From the human T2T-CHM13v2.0 reference genome, Homo sapiens, in assembly GCF_009914755.1 (NCBI RefSeq), contig NC_060947.1: DNA of 64,000 nucleotides; one strand, 5' to 3'. Position numbers and translations under genes: made by a program. Positions 39,398-54,303 of the stretch are shown piece after piece; positions within the stretch are counted from its first letter, which is position 1; each line of letters opens with the position of its first letter. A model generated the notes under the pieces. That model saw nothing but the letters and a program-made list of their open reading frames with translations, did no database searches and was not told the origin of the DNA.

Positions 39398-40004
39398 AGG
39401 AAACAAAATAGACACCATCACATGACTTTTCATGCATTTTCTCCTCTTTTCCCCTTCTTGTATCCCTAGGAAATGAGAAAAATGTGTAGCTATCAGGGCA
39501 TGAGAGTCATTCCTCATCAAAACTCATTTTGCTTTTGATCCCTGAGGAAAAGGGAGATACTGAATTGGTTCATGGGGAAGTTGGTCAAATTCCAAAGATG
39601 GTAAGCCTGTGTGTTTTCCCATGCCATCTTGTTTCTTTTTCGTATAGTCTCTACTAGTTTTCTAAATCTTCAGAATGACATAAGATTTCTAATATCAACT
39701 TAGGTACAGCCTCCCAGGGACTGGTAAGTAAGTTGGATATATTCAGTAGCTTATTAACATCATTGGATTATCCAAAATAAATTTAAAAACAGAATTTACA
39801 TAGGGCAGCAATTAGTTTACAATTGCTCTAGTAAATTAAAATGAAGAGAAAGCAAATTCATCCCCTTCTGTAGCTTGGTTTTGTTACACACCAGGATCTG
39901 CCATGCCACTCAAAGACTTTCAGCTTGTGGCAATACCCCAGAGGACTCTCAAGAGAGTTTATTGACTTAGAAGAGGCTGAAAATACTTAATTAAGTAAGC
40001 CTAC

Positions 40005-40310
40005 TGCACCATGGCATGCCTGTGCATTCTTTAACATTTTTCCCATCAAAAGGTGGGGTCTATATTCCCTTTCTTAAATCCAGGTCAACACAGTGACTCT
40101 CTTGTTACCAATAGAATGTCACTGAAGTGATGTTGTTGAACTTCTGTGTTTAGGTCAGAAAATGCCATGCATCCTCTGCGTGGTTTTCTTGTAATACACT
40201 CTCTGTGGGAAAATAGTCACCACGTACAAAATCAAACTACTTTGGATATCCATTTAAGAAAGACTATATGCAGGCACAACTGTCGAAAGCCCTAGCAGAG
40301 CATCTAGCAT
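40005..40310 (+). mobile_element. Old MLT1 LTR fragment
   Basis: tcccatcaaaaggtggggtctatattccc...accaatagaatg...gaagtgatg. Confidence 0.65.
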
Positions 40311-40760
40311 TGTGAAAATGGCTAATGTGTGATTGTACTCTCATGAGAGAATATCAATTATTAAAATGCAACAAAAATGTACCCTAAATCTGCACATCAA
40401 ATGTAGTTGATGAGAAAAATTCCATTTGCTATTGAGTACTTTCAAAAAATATACCAGTATCGCTAATACCTATGAATGCATTATTATATTTTCTGAGCCA
40501 AAGTGGAACAAAATTAGTCTACATAAGCTGTACTGTTGATGTTTCCAGATTACTTGAAATTTCTAAGTAATTCACTAAATATAAGAGGATCATCAGAGTT
40601 CAAGGCAGAAGTCAAATTTTATTTCATATTTTGAATTCATTTGATATATATGATTCTATATCATAGAATTCCCGTCAAATGCATTCATTCTCAAGGAAAA
40701 TCTTTGTTGAAAGCTAAAAAGGTCTATTTTTTCAAGATTGTTTTAAAAATTAACACTTGA

Positions 40761-41132
40761 TGTATTAGTTCGTTCTCACAATGCTAGCAAAAACTACCTG
40801 AGATGATAATTTATAAAGAAAAGAGCTTTAATTGACTCTCAGTTCCACAGGCTGTACAGAAAGCCGGGAGGCCTCAGGAAACTTACAATCATGGCAAAAG
40901 GGCAAAGAGAAGCAAGCATGTCTTCACATGGCGGTGAGAGAGAGAGAGAAGGAGAGAGTGCCGCATACTTTTAAACAACTAGATATGGTGAGACCTCACT
41001 CACTATCATGAGAACATCAAGGGTGAAATCCACCCCCATGATCCAATCACCTCCCACCAGGTCCCTCCCCCAACAATGGGAATTACAATTCAACATGAGA
41101 TTTGGGTGGGGACACAGAGCTAAACCATATCA
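40761..41132 (-). mobile_element. MSTA-like MaLR solo LTR
   Basis: tgtattagttcgttctcac...aaaccatatca; TSD cttga/cttgc. Confidence 0.9.
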
Positions 41133-42253
41133 CTTGCAAACACTTGAATAAAAGATAAAAACTGCTTCTAATTTCAATCAAGTGCCTAACAATATGTTAA
41201 AAATATTAATTAAAATGAACTCAGTCATTAATGAACTCAGTCATTAAGTATAAAGCAGAATTGTTGCTTCTATTTTGTTTATTCCATACCAATATATTGC
41301 CATACTTCCTTCCTTTACTATCTTTTTAAAAAAATCCTAGGGCATAAGAAAGCAGCCCTTATTACATTAGAAACTGAATTATACATCATATACTTTTTGG
41401 TAGTATCCATAACCAAATTACCATAAATACATTAAGAACATCAAGATGCACAGTGACAATACAAAATTAAGCCAAATGGAAGTCTGAAAATATTAATTTG
41501 TAATTGCCTTATTGTTCTCTAAAGGCCTAGGGAATGTAGAAAGATAATCTGGAAATCAACTTGGAATTGGATTGAGAAAAAAATGAATAAATGTGAGGGA
41601 ATAAAGAAAGTGAGAATTGTGATTCTGATTTATTACTGGGAGAAGGCTGAGATTTAATTTAATATTGTCACTTTTATCACAGGAAGTGGCATGTTAACCA
41701 TATTAACTGTAAACTATTAACAATAGTATTACTACTAATACAGTAGAGTTAATAAAAATTAGGATAATATTATCCCCAAAATTGGAAGAAAGAGTTATAC
41801 TGGCATCGGAATCCAATTGTATGTTCGGTAGAATATGACATGCCCCTGTTTTTCCTTATCTTTTTTCTGATCCTAAATATGGGCCTGTGGTCTATGTCTC
41901 TGCAGAGAGAATTTCCACTCCGATTTAAAGAGAAAGTAGACTAATTATATATATTTTTTCCAATTTAGACAGAAATAATCATGATAACATTCTTGCAGAA
42001 AACTCATACATTCCACTTTAGACCTTTATTGAAAGTTTTCTTTTGTGGGTGTCATTCAGAATTTTGAGACTTCATGATTATATTGTTATAACTGATGATT
42101 GAATTACTTAATTGTATCTGTCAAAAGCAATGAGGCAATGGAGAAAGGAACTTGTGTTATTTTTAATGGAAATAATTTGTTTGCTTTATTTCATCAAATT
42201 ACATGCAGGATAATATTACAGGATGATTAATTAACAAGGACACAAACTAATAG

Positions 42254-42574
<321 letters not shown>

Positions 42575-43364
42575 GATGATTTTATTTTTAAAGGCTCATA
42601 CAAGTTATGAAATCAGTTAAATATATTATATTTTAGGTAGAGTTTATCTGATATGTTTAGTTAATTTTCACCTACATGGGAAATTTGCAATGCAGAACGT
42701 CTAAAATAGACTCCCAGTAGCAAATGCTCTGGTTAAACTCCAATGTTATGTTGGTCAGGTCAACATACAGAACTAGATGAAGGAAAATTGATTTCCTAGC
42801 CAAGAGGCAAATTGATCAGAGTAGACAAGTTAGGATAATACAACCTATTGCCTCCCAAATAAGTAGAAACTCATTTTTGCACTCCTAATTGCACAGGGGA
42901 GATTTTAAACCTGGCCAAACTAGGAAAAGTCATGCAGAACATTTAATCAATTAGTAAAGGAGCTGAGTTTTCATTCATGGCCATAACTGTGTTTCTTTGG
43001 AGAAGATTAACCCATTTAAAGGTCCTCTTGATTACAATAAACAACTTATCTTTAAAAGATTCCATACATACAGATATAATAGTTTTAACCAATGAATAAG
43101 GATAAGAATTGTCACAACATAACTTCACATGACTGCTCTTTTAAAAGTGTTTTTAAAAGTTTTATAAAATCTTCGATTAGAAGTAGTAATTAATTATATA
43201 TGCCAGAATTCCCCAGAAACCCAGGAAATATATCAAGGCTGTCTTTTCTTGTCTAAGTATGCTCCAAGGCAAATTTATATTCAATAATTACTGAACGTAT
43301 CACCAATTTATTTGCTACTTATTGTAGAAAACAAAATGCTTGAGGAATCTCATTCTTTCTAAGT

Positions 43365-43640
43365 ATACTTATTGAGCATCTCTTATGTTTTGATGCTCTG
43401 CTGGTTGTTGGGGATACAATGGTTGAACAAGATGGTTATAATTGCTGCCCTTATTGAACTCAGGCTAATGGGGATAGCAGATATTGCAAAATTAAAGATA
43501 ACACCACAAAGCAGTATTAAAGAGAACAACAGTGTGATGTTGTTCGAGGAACATACGTATTCCTCACTTTCTAGTATGTTTCCAGAAAGAAATGACATTT
43601 AGATTAAGACCTGAGGAATAAGTAGAAGTGTTTAAATCAA
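43365..43640 (-). mobile_element. L2 3' remnant
   Basis: ttattgagcatc...gggatacaatggttgaacaag...tgacatttagattaagacctga. Confidence 0.6.
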
Positions 43641-43799
43641 TGCATGTGGTGGCATTGTGATGTTCTCCCCAGATCCCTTTTCATGAATGAAGGACTTGGA
43701 TCTTTAGCTGGCAAAAATGAAGCTGGCTGACAGCATCAAGCTGTCAGGCCCCTTCATAAATTAGATAAATCTTTGGACAAAGAGAGTTGCTTTACCGAA

Positions 43800-44565
43800 A
43801 TTTTTCAATTTGGATGCCCTTACTTTTTTCTTTTGCCTGATTGCTCTGGCTAGGACTTTCAGTACTATGTTGAACAGGAGTGGTGAGAGTGGGCATCCTT
43901 GTCTTTTGCTAGTTCTTACAGGGAATGCTCTCAACTTTTCCCTATTAAGTATGATGTTGGCTGTGGGTTTGCCATATATGACTTCTATTCTTTTGAGATA
44001 TGTTACTTCAATGCCTAGTTTGTTGAAGGTTTTTATCATTAATGAATGTTGGATTTTATCAAAAGCTTTTTCTGCATCTCCTCAGATGGTCATATGGATT
44101 TTGTTTCTAACTCTGCTTATGTGGTGAATCACATTCATTGATTTGTGAATGTTGAACCACTATTGCATCCCTGGAATAAAACCTACTTTATGTGATAAAT
44201 TATCTTTTTGATGTGCTATTGAATTAGATTTGCTGATATTTTGTTGAGGATTTTTGTATCTACGTTCATCAGAGATGTTGGCCTGTAGTTTTCTTTTTCT
44301 GTTGGTGTCCTTGCCTGTTACCAGAGTTACACTGATTTTATAGAATTAATTAGGGAGGAATTCCTCCTCCTTGATTTTTGGAATAATTTCAGTAAAATTG
44401 GTACCAGTTCTTCTTTGTATATATAGTAAAATTCAGCTGTGAATGGAAGATATTTTATTACTGATTCAATTTCATTACTTATTATTGGTATGTTTAGGAT
44501 TTTTTTCTTCCTGGTTCAATGTCAGGAGATTGTATGTTTCCAGAAATTTATCCCCTTTTTCTAGG
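43800..44565 (-). mobile_element. L1 ORF2 (reverse transcriptase) fragment
   Basis: ORF 43761-44039 KPTANIILN...[15 protein letters not shown]. Confidence 0.93.
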
Positions 44566-44986
44566 TATACAGTGTTAATAAAGTCTACAGTAGTATATAG
44601 TAATATCCTAGACCTTCACATTCACTCACAACTCACTCACTGATTCACCTAGAGCAACTTCTAGTCTTACAGGCTCCATTCATTATAAGCACTTTATACA
44701 GGTGTACCATTTTTATCTTTCATGTCATATTTTTACTGTACCTTGTCTATGTTTAAATGTGTTTAGATACACAACTACTTACCCTTGTGTGACAACTGTT
44801 TACACTATTCAATTCAGTAACATGCTATACAGTTTTATAGCCTGGGAGCAATAGGCCATATCATATAGCCTAGCTGTGTAACAGGCCATAACATCTAGTT
44901 TTGTGCAAGTACACTCTATGATGTTTATACAATGATGAGGTTGCCTAATAATGCATCTATCCCCATTGTTAAGTTATGCATGACTG
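44566..44986. mobile_element. Tigger3/Golem-type DNA transposon end
   Basis: cacattcactcac...gggagcaatagg...gttaagttatgcatgactg followed by TA. Confidence 0.85.
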
Positions 44987-46008
44987 TACGAATTTCAAAC
45001 AAAATGCAGTATTAGATGCTCTCGGACTATAAAAGATAATAATTAAAGTACAAAGAGAAATACTGTTTATTGCTAAGGAGTACATCTCTAACTGGCTGGG
45101 GCTATAAGACAGATATATTAAAAGTAGAGAAATAAATCTTTGTTTTAGATATAATGAAATATGTGTATTCAACCCTGTTCTTCAACTAAATGCAATAAAA
45201 AGTACCAAATTGATGAAATAGCTAATGAAATACTCTGAAAAGTAATTGTAGCAAGCAGGTTCATTTAGGAAACTGGAACTCAAAGTAATGCTGATTCAAT
45301 GATGAGTTTCCTATATTTGCTTTTTTTCTCTATTATGCCCAGGCCTGGAATCAAATATAACTCAAACCCCAGAACTGAGCACCATTTGCGAACAGAAAAG
45401 ATTCAAGAGATTTCTTATTTATCTTACTTGAGAACTGTACAACAGTCTCACTAAAGGTCAGAGCTAGTGAGGAAAAATGCCAGTTTTATTTTATTTTTTT
45501 CCCCAATCTTTTCTACCCAGGAAGGCAATCTCAAGGCAGCAAAAGATGTGTCAATGATAAAATTAGGGGCACTGAATAGGCCCTAAATTCCACAGGAAGG
45601 GAATTTCCAGGGGAAATGTAATACAAAAATCGTGAAGAGACTCTTCGTAGCTTTTCCCTGTCTCTGTCATCTCATTCCTTGGCAACAGAGATAGATAAAA
45701 CCATTAGAAGTACATAACCAAACTCCAGTTTTTAGTGAGACATCCACAGCAGAGGGACATTGGGATCTGGCATGTATTAAGGAGAAGAGCACAAGGAAAA
45801 ACCTCAACAAAGCTATAGCATGAAATTGAGTGTGAACTCAAGAACTCACTAACAAACTTCTCATGTGTCAATCTGATAATAAATATCATATCAAAAGCTT
45901 TTCAAATTGAACTAGGGGATAGACCACCAGCCAGGCTGTAGACTGTCCACCAGTTGTCACATAAAATGAAAGAACACTGCAAACACATTAAAAATGAACT
46001 GAAATTAG

Positions 46009-46349
<341 letters not shown>

Positions 46350-46703
46350 CCCAGTCTGTTCTTAAATGAGATGATTGTCTGCTGAAACAGAAAAGACAAC
46401 AACAACAAACATTTTCTTTAGGAATAAAACAAAATATAACATAGTATTCAAAATACTGAGGATAAAATTCAAAATCATTTGACATACAAAGAATTAGAAA
46501 AATTTTAAAAATTTTCAAGGGAAAAGATAACTAAAAGAAGCCAATACTGAAATGAAACTGATCTCACAAAAGGCTTTAAAGTAACTACTCTAACTGTATT
46601 GTAAGAAGTTAGATAAGTCACTCTTGAAATGAATGTAAAGGCAGCACATATCAACATGCAAATAGAAATAAAACAAAATAACTGAAATATAAATTCACTT
46701 GAG

Positions 46704-47030
<327 letters not shown>

Positions 47031-47372
47031 ATTCACTGGAATTTCTCAAGAACAGAGCATAAGTGACAGAATGAAGAGCCAGTGAACTTGAAGATAAATC
47101 AATAGCAAGCATCCAATTCGAACAACAGAGAAAAAAAGATACAAAAAATAAAGAGTTTTTACAACATGTGGGACAACATAAAAAGGTATAAGAGTTGTGT
47201 CATTAGCATTCTAGGAGAAGGGGATAACGAGTGGTTCTGAAAACATATTTGTAGAAGTAATGCCTGAAATTTTTTCAAATTTGGGGAAATATTTTAAAGA
47301 ATGCATATTCCAGAATGTAACATCTCAAGAAACTCATGCCCAGGAAACCACAAAAAATATACAGTAAGAAAC

Positions 47373-47400
47373 ATATATATATATATATATATATATGTAT
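47373..47400. repeat. (TA)n microsatellite
   Basis: Direct reading. Confidence 0.9.
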
Positions 47401-47639
47401 GTGGACATATATGAAATGCAATAGATAAAATAAAATGGCATGCTACAATATTCAAATAATACCAAAAAAAGGGAGAAAATTGGAAATACAGAAAGAAGAA
47501 GAAAAGGAAGAAAAGTTAAATTAGGAAGAGAAGAAGAGGAAGAAAAACAAGACCAAGAAGAAGAAGAACAACAACAACAATAACAACAACAGCAAACCCA
47601 CGTGAGGGAACAAAAAATAAATATTAAAATGGTAGCCCT

Positions 47640-47928
47640 ACTGGGCACAGTGGCTCACACCTGTAATCCCAACACTTTGGGAAGCTGAGGCGATGGAGCA
47701 TTTGAGGCCAGGAGTTCGAGACCAGCCTGGCCGACACGGTGAAACCCCATCTCTACTAAAAATACAAAAATTAGCTGGGCATGGTGTCTGGCGCCTGCAA
47801 TCCCAGCTACTTGGGAGGCTGAGGCAGGAGAATCGCTTGAACCCAGGAAGCAGAAGTTGCAGTTAGCCAAGACTGCACCATTGCACTACAGCCTGGGTGA
47901 AAAGAACAAAACTCCGTCTCAAAAAAAA
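47640..47928 (+). mobile_element. AluS/J
   Basis: Full dimer; TSD gtagccct. Confidence 0.93.
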
Positions 47929-47974
47929 GTAGCCCTGAATAATCAATAAAATTTCAATAAGGGTATATATAAAC

Positions 47975-48850
47975 TGAAAAGATTGGCAAAGACTTGTACA
48001 CCGAAAACAAGAAAATATCACTGAAATAAATTAAAGAAGGCACAAATAAATGAAAACACATTCTGTTATCATAGATTGGAAGATTTAATTTTGTTATGAT
48101 GAAAATGCCACACAAAGGAATCTACAGATTCAATGTAACCCTTATCAAAAATCCCAATAATGTTCTTGCAAAAATAGAAAACCCATCCTAAAATTCATAT
48201 AGAATCATAAGGGACCCCAAATAACCAAAGCATTCTTGAAAAAGAAGAATGAAGTTTAAGGATTCACATTTCCCGATTTTAAAATATTATTCCAATTTTA
48301 TCATTACACAAACATATATCAAAACATCACACTATACCACCATAAATAGGTAACACTATTTCATGTCAGTTAAAAACAAAATAAGACTTTAAAAAATTAA
48401 TTACAAAATTACATTAATCAAAACAGAGTGGTATTGGCATAAAGAAAGTCACACAGATCAATGGAATAGAATAAAGAGCCAGCCTGGAAATAAACCCTAA
48501 CATGTCAAATGATTTTCGAGAAACATGCCAGCACCATAAGATAAAGAAAATGCAGTCTTCTTATAGATGATTTTGGAAAAACTAGATATCCACATGCAAA
48601 AGAGTAAAGTTAAATTCATACTTTATATCATATACAAAAATTAACTAAAAATAGATCAAAGACATAAACAAGACATAAAACCATAAAACCCTTAGAAGGA
48701 AACTTTCGTGACAATGAATTTGGCAATGATTTCTTGAATATGACACCAAAAGCACACACAACATAAAAAAAAAAAGAGTAATTTGGATGTCTCAAAATTT
48801 AAAAATTTGTAACTCAAAGCACACTAACAAGAGAGTAAAAATCTACAAAT
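47975..48850 (+). mobile_element. L1M ORF2 fragment containing a short L1MA 3' insert (~48300-48390)
   Basis: atctacagattcaatg...tggtattggcataaag...tttggcaatgatttcttg. Confidence 0.85.
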
Positions 48851-48916
48851 ACCTTAGAAAATAAATAACACACTGTATATAATCTGCCCATCAAACAAAA
48901 ATTGTCAAGATACATT

Positions 48917-49191
<275 letters not shown>

Positions 49192-49267
49192 CCATGAATC
49201 CTAACTTATTATTTAAATAAATGCAAATACATTAAAAACTCTAAAAGTCGGAGATTGGCAGAATTGA

Positions 49268-49988
49268 TTTTTTTCTTTTTTTTTAAACTTTTATTTTAAG
49301 TTCAAGGGTACATGTGCAGGTTTGTTACATAGGTAAATGTGTGTCACAGGGATTTGTTGTGCAGATTAATTCATCACCCAGGTATAAAGGTCAGTACCCT
49401 CTCCCTCCTCCCAGACTCCACCCTCCAGTAGGCCCCATTGTGTGTAGTTCCCCCTATGTGTCCATATGTTCTCATCATTGGGCTCCCAGTTATAAGTGAG
49501 AACATGTAGTATTTCATTTTCTGTTCCAGTGTTAGTTTGCTAGCGATAATGGTCTGTAGCTCCATCCATGTCCCTGCAAAGGACATGATCTCATTCTTTT
49601 TCTATGGCTGCATAATATTCCATGATGAATATGTACCATATTTTCTTTATCCAGTCTATCATTAGTAGGCATTTAGATTGATTCCATGTCTTTGCTGTTG
49701 TAAATAGTGCTGTAGTGAACATATGCATACATGTGTCCTTATAATAGAATGATTTATATTCCTTTGGGTATATACCCAGTAATGGGTATGATGAATTGAA
49801 TGGTATTTCTGTCTTTAGGTCCTTGGGGAATTGCCACACTGGCTTCCACAATGACTGAACTAATATACAGTCCCAACAACAGTGTATAAGCACTCCTTTT
49901 TCTCCACAACCTTGTCAGCATCTGTTATTTTTTGACTTTTTAATAATAGCCATTCTGACTAATGGGAGACAGTATCTCATTGTGGTTC
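49268..49988 (-). mobile_element. L1PA (older primate subfamily) 3' fragment
   Basis: T-rich tail; ORF 49591-49893 resembles the L1 ORF2 C-terminus. Confidence 0.93.
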
Positions 49989-50465
49989 TACCATAAAGAC
50001 ACATGCATGTATGTGTTCATAGCAGCACTATTCACAATAGCAACAATGTCAAATCAACCTAAATGCCCATCAATGGTAGCCTGGACAAAGAAAATGTGGT
50101 AATATACACCACGGAATACTATGCAGCCATAAAAAGAATGTGATCGTGTCTTTGAAGGATCATGAATGGAACTGGATGCTGTTATTCTTAGCAAACTAAT
50201 GCAGGAACACAAAACCATATACCACATGTTCTCATAAGTGGGAGCTGAAAGTTGAGAAGACATGAACACATAGAGGGGAACAACACACACTGGGGCCTAT
50301 TGGCAAGTGGAAGGTGAATGGGAGGAGAGAGAGGATGAGACAAAATAACTAATGGGTACTAGGCTTAATGCCTCGGGGGCAAAATAATCTGTATAGCAAA
50401 CCCCCATGACACAAGTTTACCTATAGCAAACATGCACCTGTATCCCTGAAGTTAAAAGTTAAATT
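49989..50465 (+). mobile_element. L1PA 3' end in the opposite orientation
   Basis: accataaagacacatgc...ggaatactatgcagccataaaaag...gacacaagtttacctat. Confidence 0.9.
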
Positions 50466-50486
50466 ATTTTTAAAAAGTAAATTTAT

Positions 50487-51355
50487 GACAATCAAGTAGG
50501 CTCTATTCCTGGGATGCAAGGCTGGTTCAACATACACAAATAAATACATATGATTCACCACATAAACAGAATTAAAAACAAAAACCATGTGATCATCTCA
50601 ATATACGGAGAAAAAGCTTTTGATAAAATCCAGCATAGCTTCATGATAAAAACTCTCAACAAACTAGGAATTGAAGGAACATATCTCAAAATAATAAGAG
50701 CATCTATGACAAACCTACAGCCAACATCATATGGAGTGGGCAAAAGCTGGAAGCATGCCCCTTGAGAACAGGAAGGAAAGGATACCCACTTTGACCACTC
50801 CTATTCAATATAGTGCTGGATGTACTAGACAGAGCAGCCAGGCAAAAGAAAAAAAATAAAAGGCATCCAAACAAGAAGAGAAAAGGGAAAACTATCTCTC
50901 TTCACAGATGATATGATACTATACCTAGAAAACCCCATAGTCTCTGCCCAAAGGCTCCTAGAACTGATAAAAAAAAAAAAAAAGAAAAAAAAAAAACTTT
51001 AGTAAAGTTTCAGAATACAAAATAAGTGTACAAAAACCAGTAGCATATCTATATACCAATATTTTCCAAGCTAGGAGCCAAATAAAGAATGCAATCTCAT
51101 TCATAATAACCACAAAAAAATGAAATACCTAGGAGTACAACTAACCAAGAAGATGACAAATATCTACAAGGAGAGCTACAAAACACTGCTGAAAGAAGTC
51201 ACAGACAACACAAAGAAATGGGCAAACATTCCATGTTCATATTTAAGAAGAATCAATATCATTAAAATAGTCATTCTGCCCTAAGCAATCTATAAATTTA
51301 AGACTATTCTTTTCAAACTACCAATGTCATTTTTCACAGAATTAGAAAACTATTT
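50487..51355 (+). mobile_element. L1 ORF2 (RT) fragment
   Basis: ORF 50550-50765 [17 protein letters not shown]...EKAFDKIQH. Confidence 0.93.
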
Positions 51356-51359
51356 TATA

Positions 51360-51960
51360 ATATTTCAAGTTCCTGATCTTTCGATGGGGAGTTTTGTTTT
51401 CACATTATTTGATGCCCTTGTGGGTTTAATTGTAGCATAAGTTAGGTTTAGTAGATTGGCTTTGTTTCTGGATTCTTTCAGGGGACCAAGACTCAGCTCA
51501 GTACTCCTGGGCTGCATGCTCTAACCTTAGGGTCTTGAACCAGCCCCATGACTTTGTTCTTCCGCCCCTCAAAGTCAAGCACCTACCGTGCTGGAGGGGC
51601 TGAGGTGTTTCCAGTCTCTGGTAATGACAGTCTGATGGGGACTGCCTGAAAATGCGCTCTGGCAGGGCAGCAGAGTGTCCACGGGAGAGTGCACTGCGGC
51701 AGGGTGGCCATGGACAAGTGCACACAAGCAAGGTGGCAGGGGATAGGGGGGTGGCCACAGGTGGCAGGGGTTGTGGGCGGGGAAGCTGCAGGTAAGTGCA
51801 CATCTACAGGGCAGCAGAGAAGTCACGGGCAGGTATGCAGAGGTGGGGCACCATAAGCACATGCATACCAGTGGGGCAGCATTGGGTCCCAATGCCCATA
51901 TGCACCTACAAAATGGTGGGGAGAGGCTACAGGTGGATGCATATTGTGGTGGTAGTTACA
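51360..51960 (-). mobile_element. L1PA13-16-type 5'UTR fragment
   Basis: GC-rich; ttggctttgtttctgga...ctcagctcagtactcctgggctgcatgctctaac...ctggaggggctgagg. Confidence 0.65.
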
Positions 51961-53937
51961 GGAATTTGTAACTGTTTTAAAACTCAGAAATCTACTACAA
52001 ATAGTAAGTAAACACATACATGCATGCATGCATACATACATATATTTAAAAAGTCCATTTTCTTTTATTAAATTAAAAATAAACAACTTTTTGGTTTACA
52101 TAAGTGATATACAAGTTTAAGGCATGAGAGGAATCTCTGGCTTTGAACTGGTCAGATAACATTTTGCTGGTATTATAAAATAGGATGGGACCCTTGAAAA
52201 AGAGAATTTAAATAGGTAAAGAGGTGGCAAGAAGGGCATTTTAGGAGCCTAAAGAAAATAAAGACAGCTGCAAAGGATGGATGTGCAGCACAGGCTCTGG
52301 AAATAGTGACTCTTTGCATAAGACTGACGCAGAGGATTTGTTTTAGACAGGAGGCAGTAACCTGGAAAGTCTGAGGGGACTAGGACTGTGTTCAGCATGT
52401 ATCATTGACTTGCTACTCTTTGTGTGCAGCTGGGAAACACTGAATACTTTTAATAAAATAAGTGATGTGGTTATAACAACATATTAGGGATATTAGCTTT
52501 AATGCACTCTATAAGGTGGATTGAAAGTAAGAGAGACTAATGGGGAGTTGATTATGTTAACTCAACAAGAAAAGCGTCCAAGCTAAAACGACAGCAGTGT
52601 GATTGAAATATATAAAAAACTAGACTCGCAAATTATTTCAATATTGGATATAATTTCAAAAACATAATTTCTCACGACTTATTTTCAACTGTTCTTTCCT
52701 AATATTTCAAGGTGAACAAAATGTTTCCAGCATGTTTTCTGAGGATTGATTATTGATGAAACCAGTTGAAAATATTTTCCTAAACCTGAAAAACGCCTTT
52801 GAATGCATTAAAGGAATTTAGATTTAAAATAAGAATCCAATGATTTGCAATATTTCTGATGTGATTAATTTGCCAGAAATGGTTTCATGACATTATTAAA
52901 ACATTCGAGATGGCCTGTACTATCAAAGGTGAAAGTTTCAAGTATAATAGGAAATCATGTATTTCATTGCTTGTTAATTTTAATGTAAGCTCATAGAATG
53001 CATTTATACGTACCCAGTGCCTTTATAAAGTTCATTTCTATGTAAATATAGGAATATCATAAGCTATCATGAAGCACAGACAGGCAAGTCATGCCAAAAC
53101 CATTCTTATGGCAGCTATAAAATGAAGAAAACCAATAAAGCTAAGTGTTTCCCTCTCAAATCTTTACTTCTCTCATCTTGTCCAGCATTAGTGTGTGGGA
53201 TGTATTAAATCTAACCTGGAGATATCCACCCACCTTATTTTTCCACCCATCAAAGTTTAGCAGTTTGTGTTGAATGGACACAAATAACCCTCTTTATGGA
53301 GCAATCTGACCTATTCAAACAAAAATATATCATTCCTCCTAGCCCATGGTGAAGAAAATTAAAGTAATCAATACTAATCTCTAGTCAGTATTTCAAATAA
53401 AATAACAGGTAGCATTTATATTCAACCAAAGTGTATTTAAAATATAATACACCTGTGCATACAAGAGAGGCTTGAGGTGGTATTGTCATGTATCATATGG
53501 TATTGCAAGCATAATAAAGATAGTTGTGGCAGAGGAGCAGGAAAGTAACATAGAAAATGGAATAAAGGTATTACCCATTCATCTCTGCTTCGTTAAAGCA
53601 TTTCACACTCTAGAACCTTTAAATCTTACTGACAATTTTCAATGTACGTTAAAAAGTAAAATGCACTGGGGATGTCCATTGAAAACTAAGAGAAAGATTC
53701 TTCTACACAATCAATATATAGTTATTTCCTTTGTCTCCCACTTTTTTTTGGTTTTCACTTTGCAGACACTATATTTTCTTTATTTTGATGAATATACTAA
53801 ATATCTAAAGTTTGAGCAGAGAAGCAATGCTGCTCTGGCTTAAGCAGCAAAAGATGACCTAATAGGATATTCCATCTTAAATTTTGTTTCACAGTTGAGC
53901 ATGAATTGCATTCTGAAAACTGGGCTACATAATTTGA

Positions 53938-54303
<366 letters not shown>

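Noticed and set aside
43761-44039. Reverse-transcriptase-like ORF (also 50550-50765)
   Set aside because: Short decayed L1 ORF2 pieces; not a functional or novel RT system.
51498-52086. Cluster of overlapping ORFs in a GC-rich patch
   Set aside because: Explained by the base composition of the L1 5'UTR; too few CpGs for a CpG-island promoter.
53472-53843. 123 aa ORF in non-repeat sequence
   Set aside because: Non-ATG start, AT-rich, no recognisable domain or exon structure.
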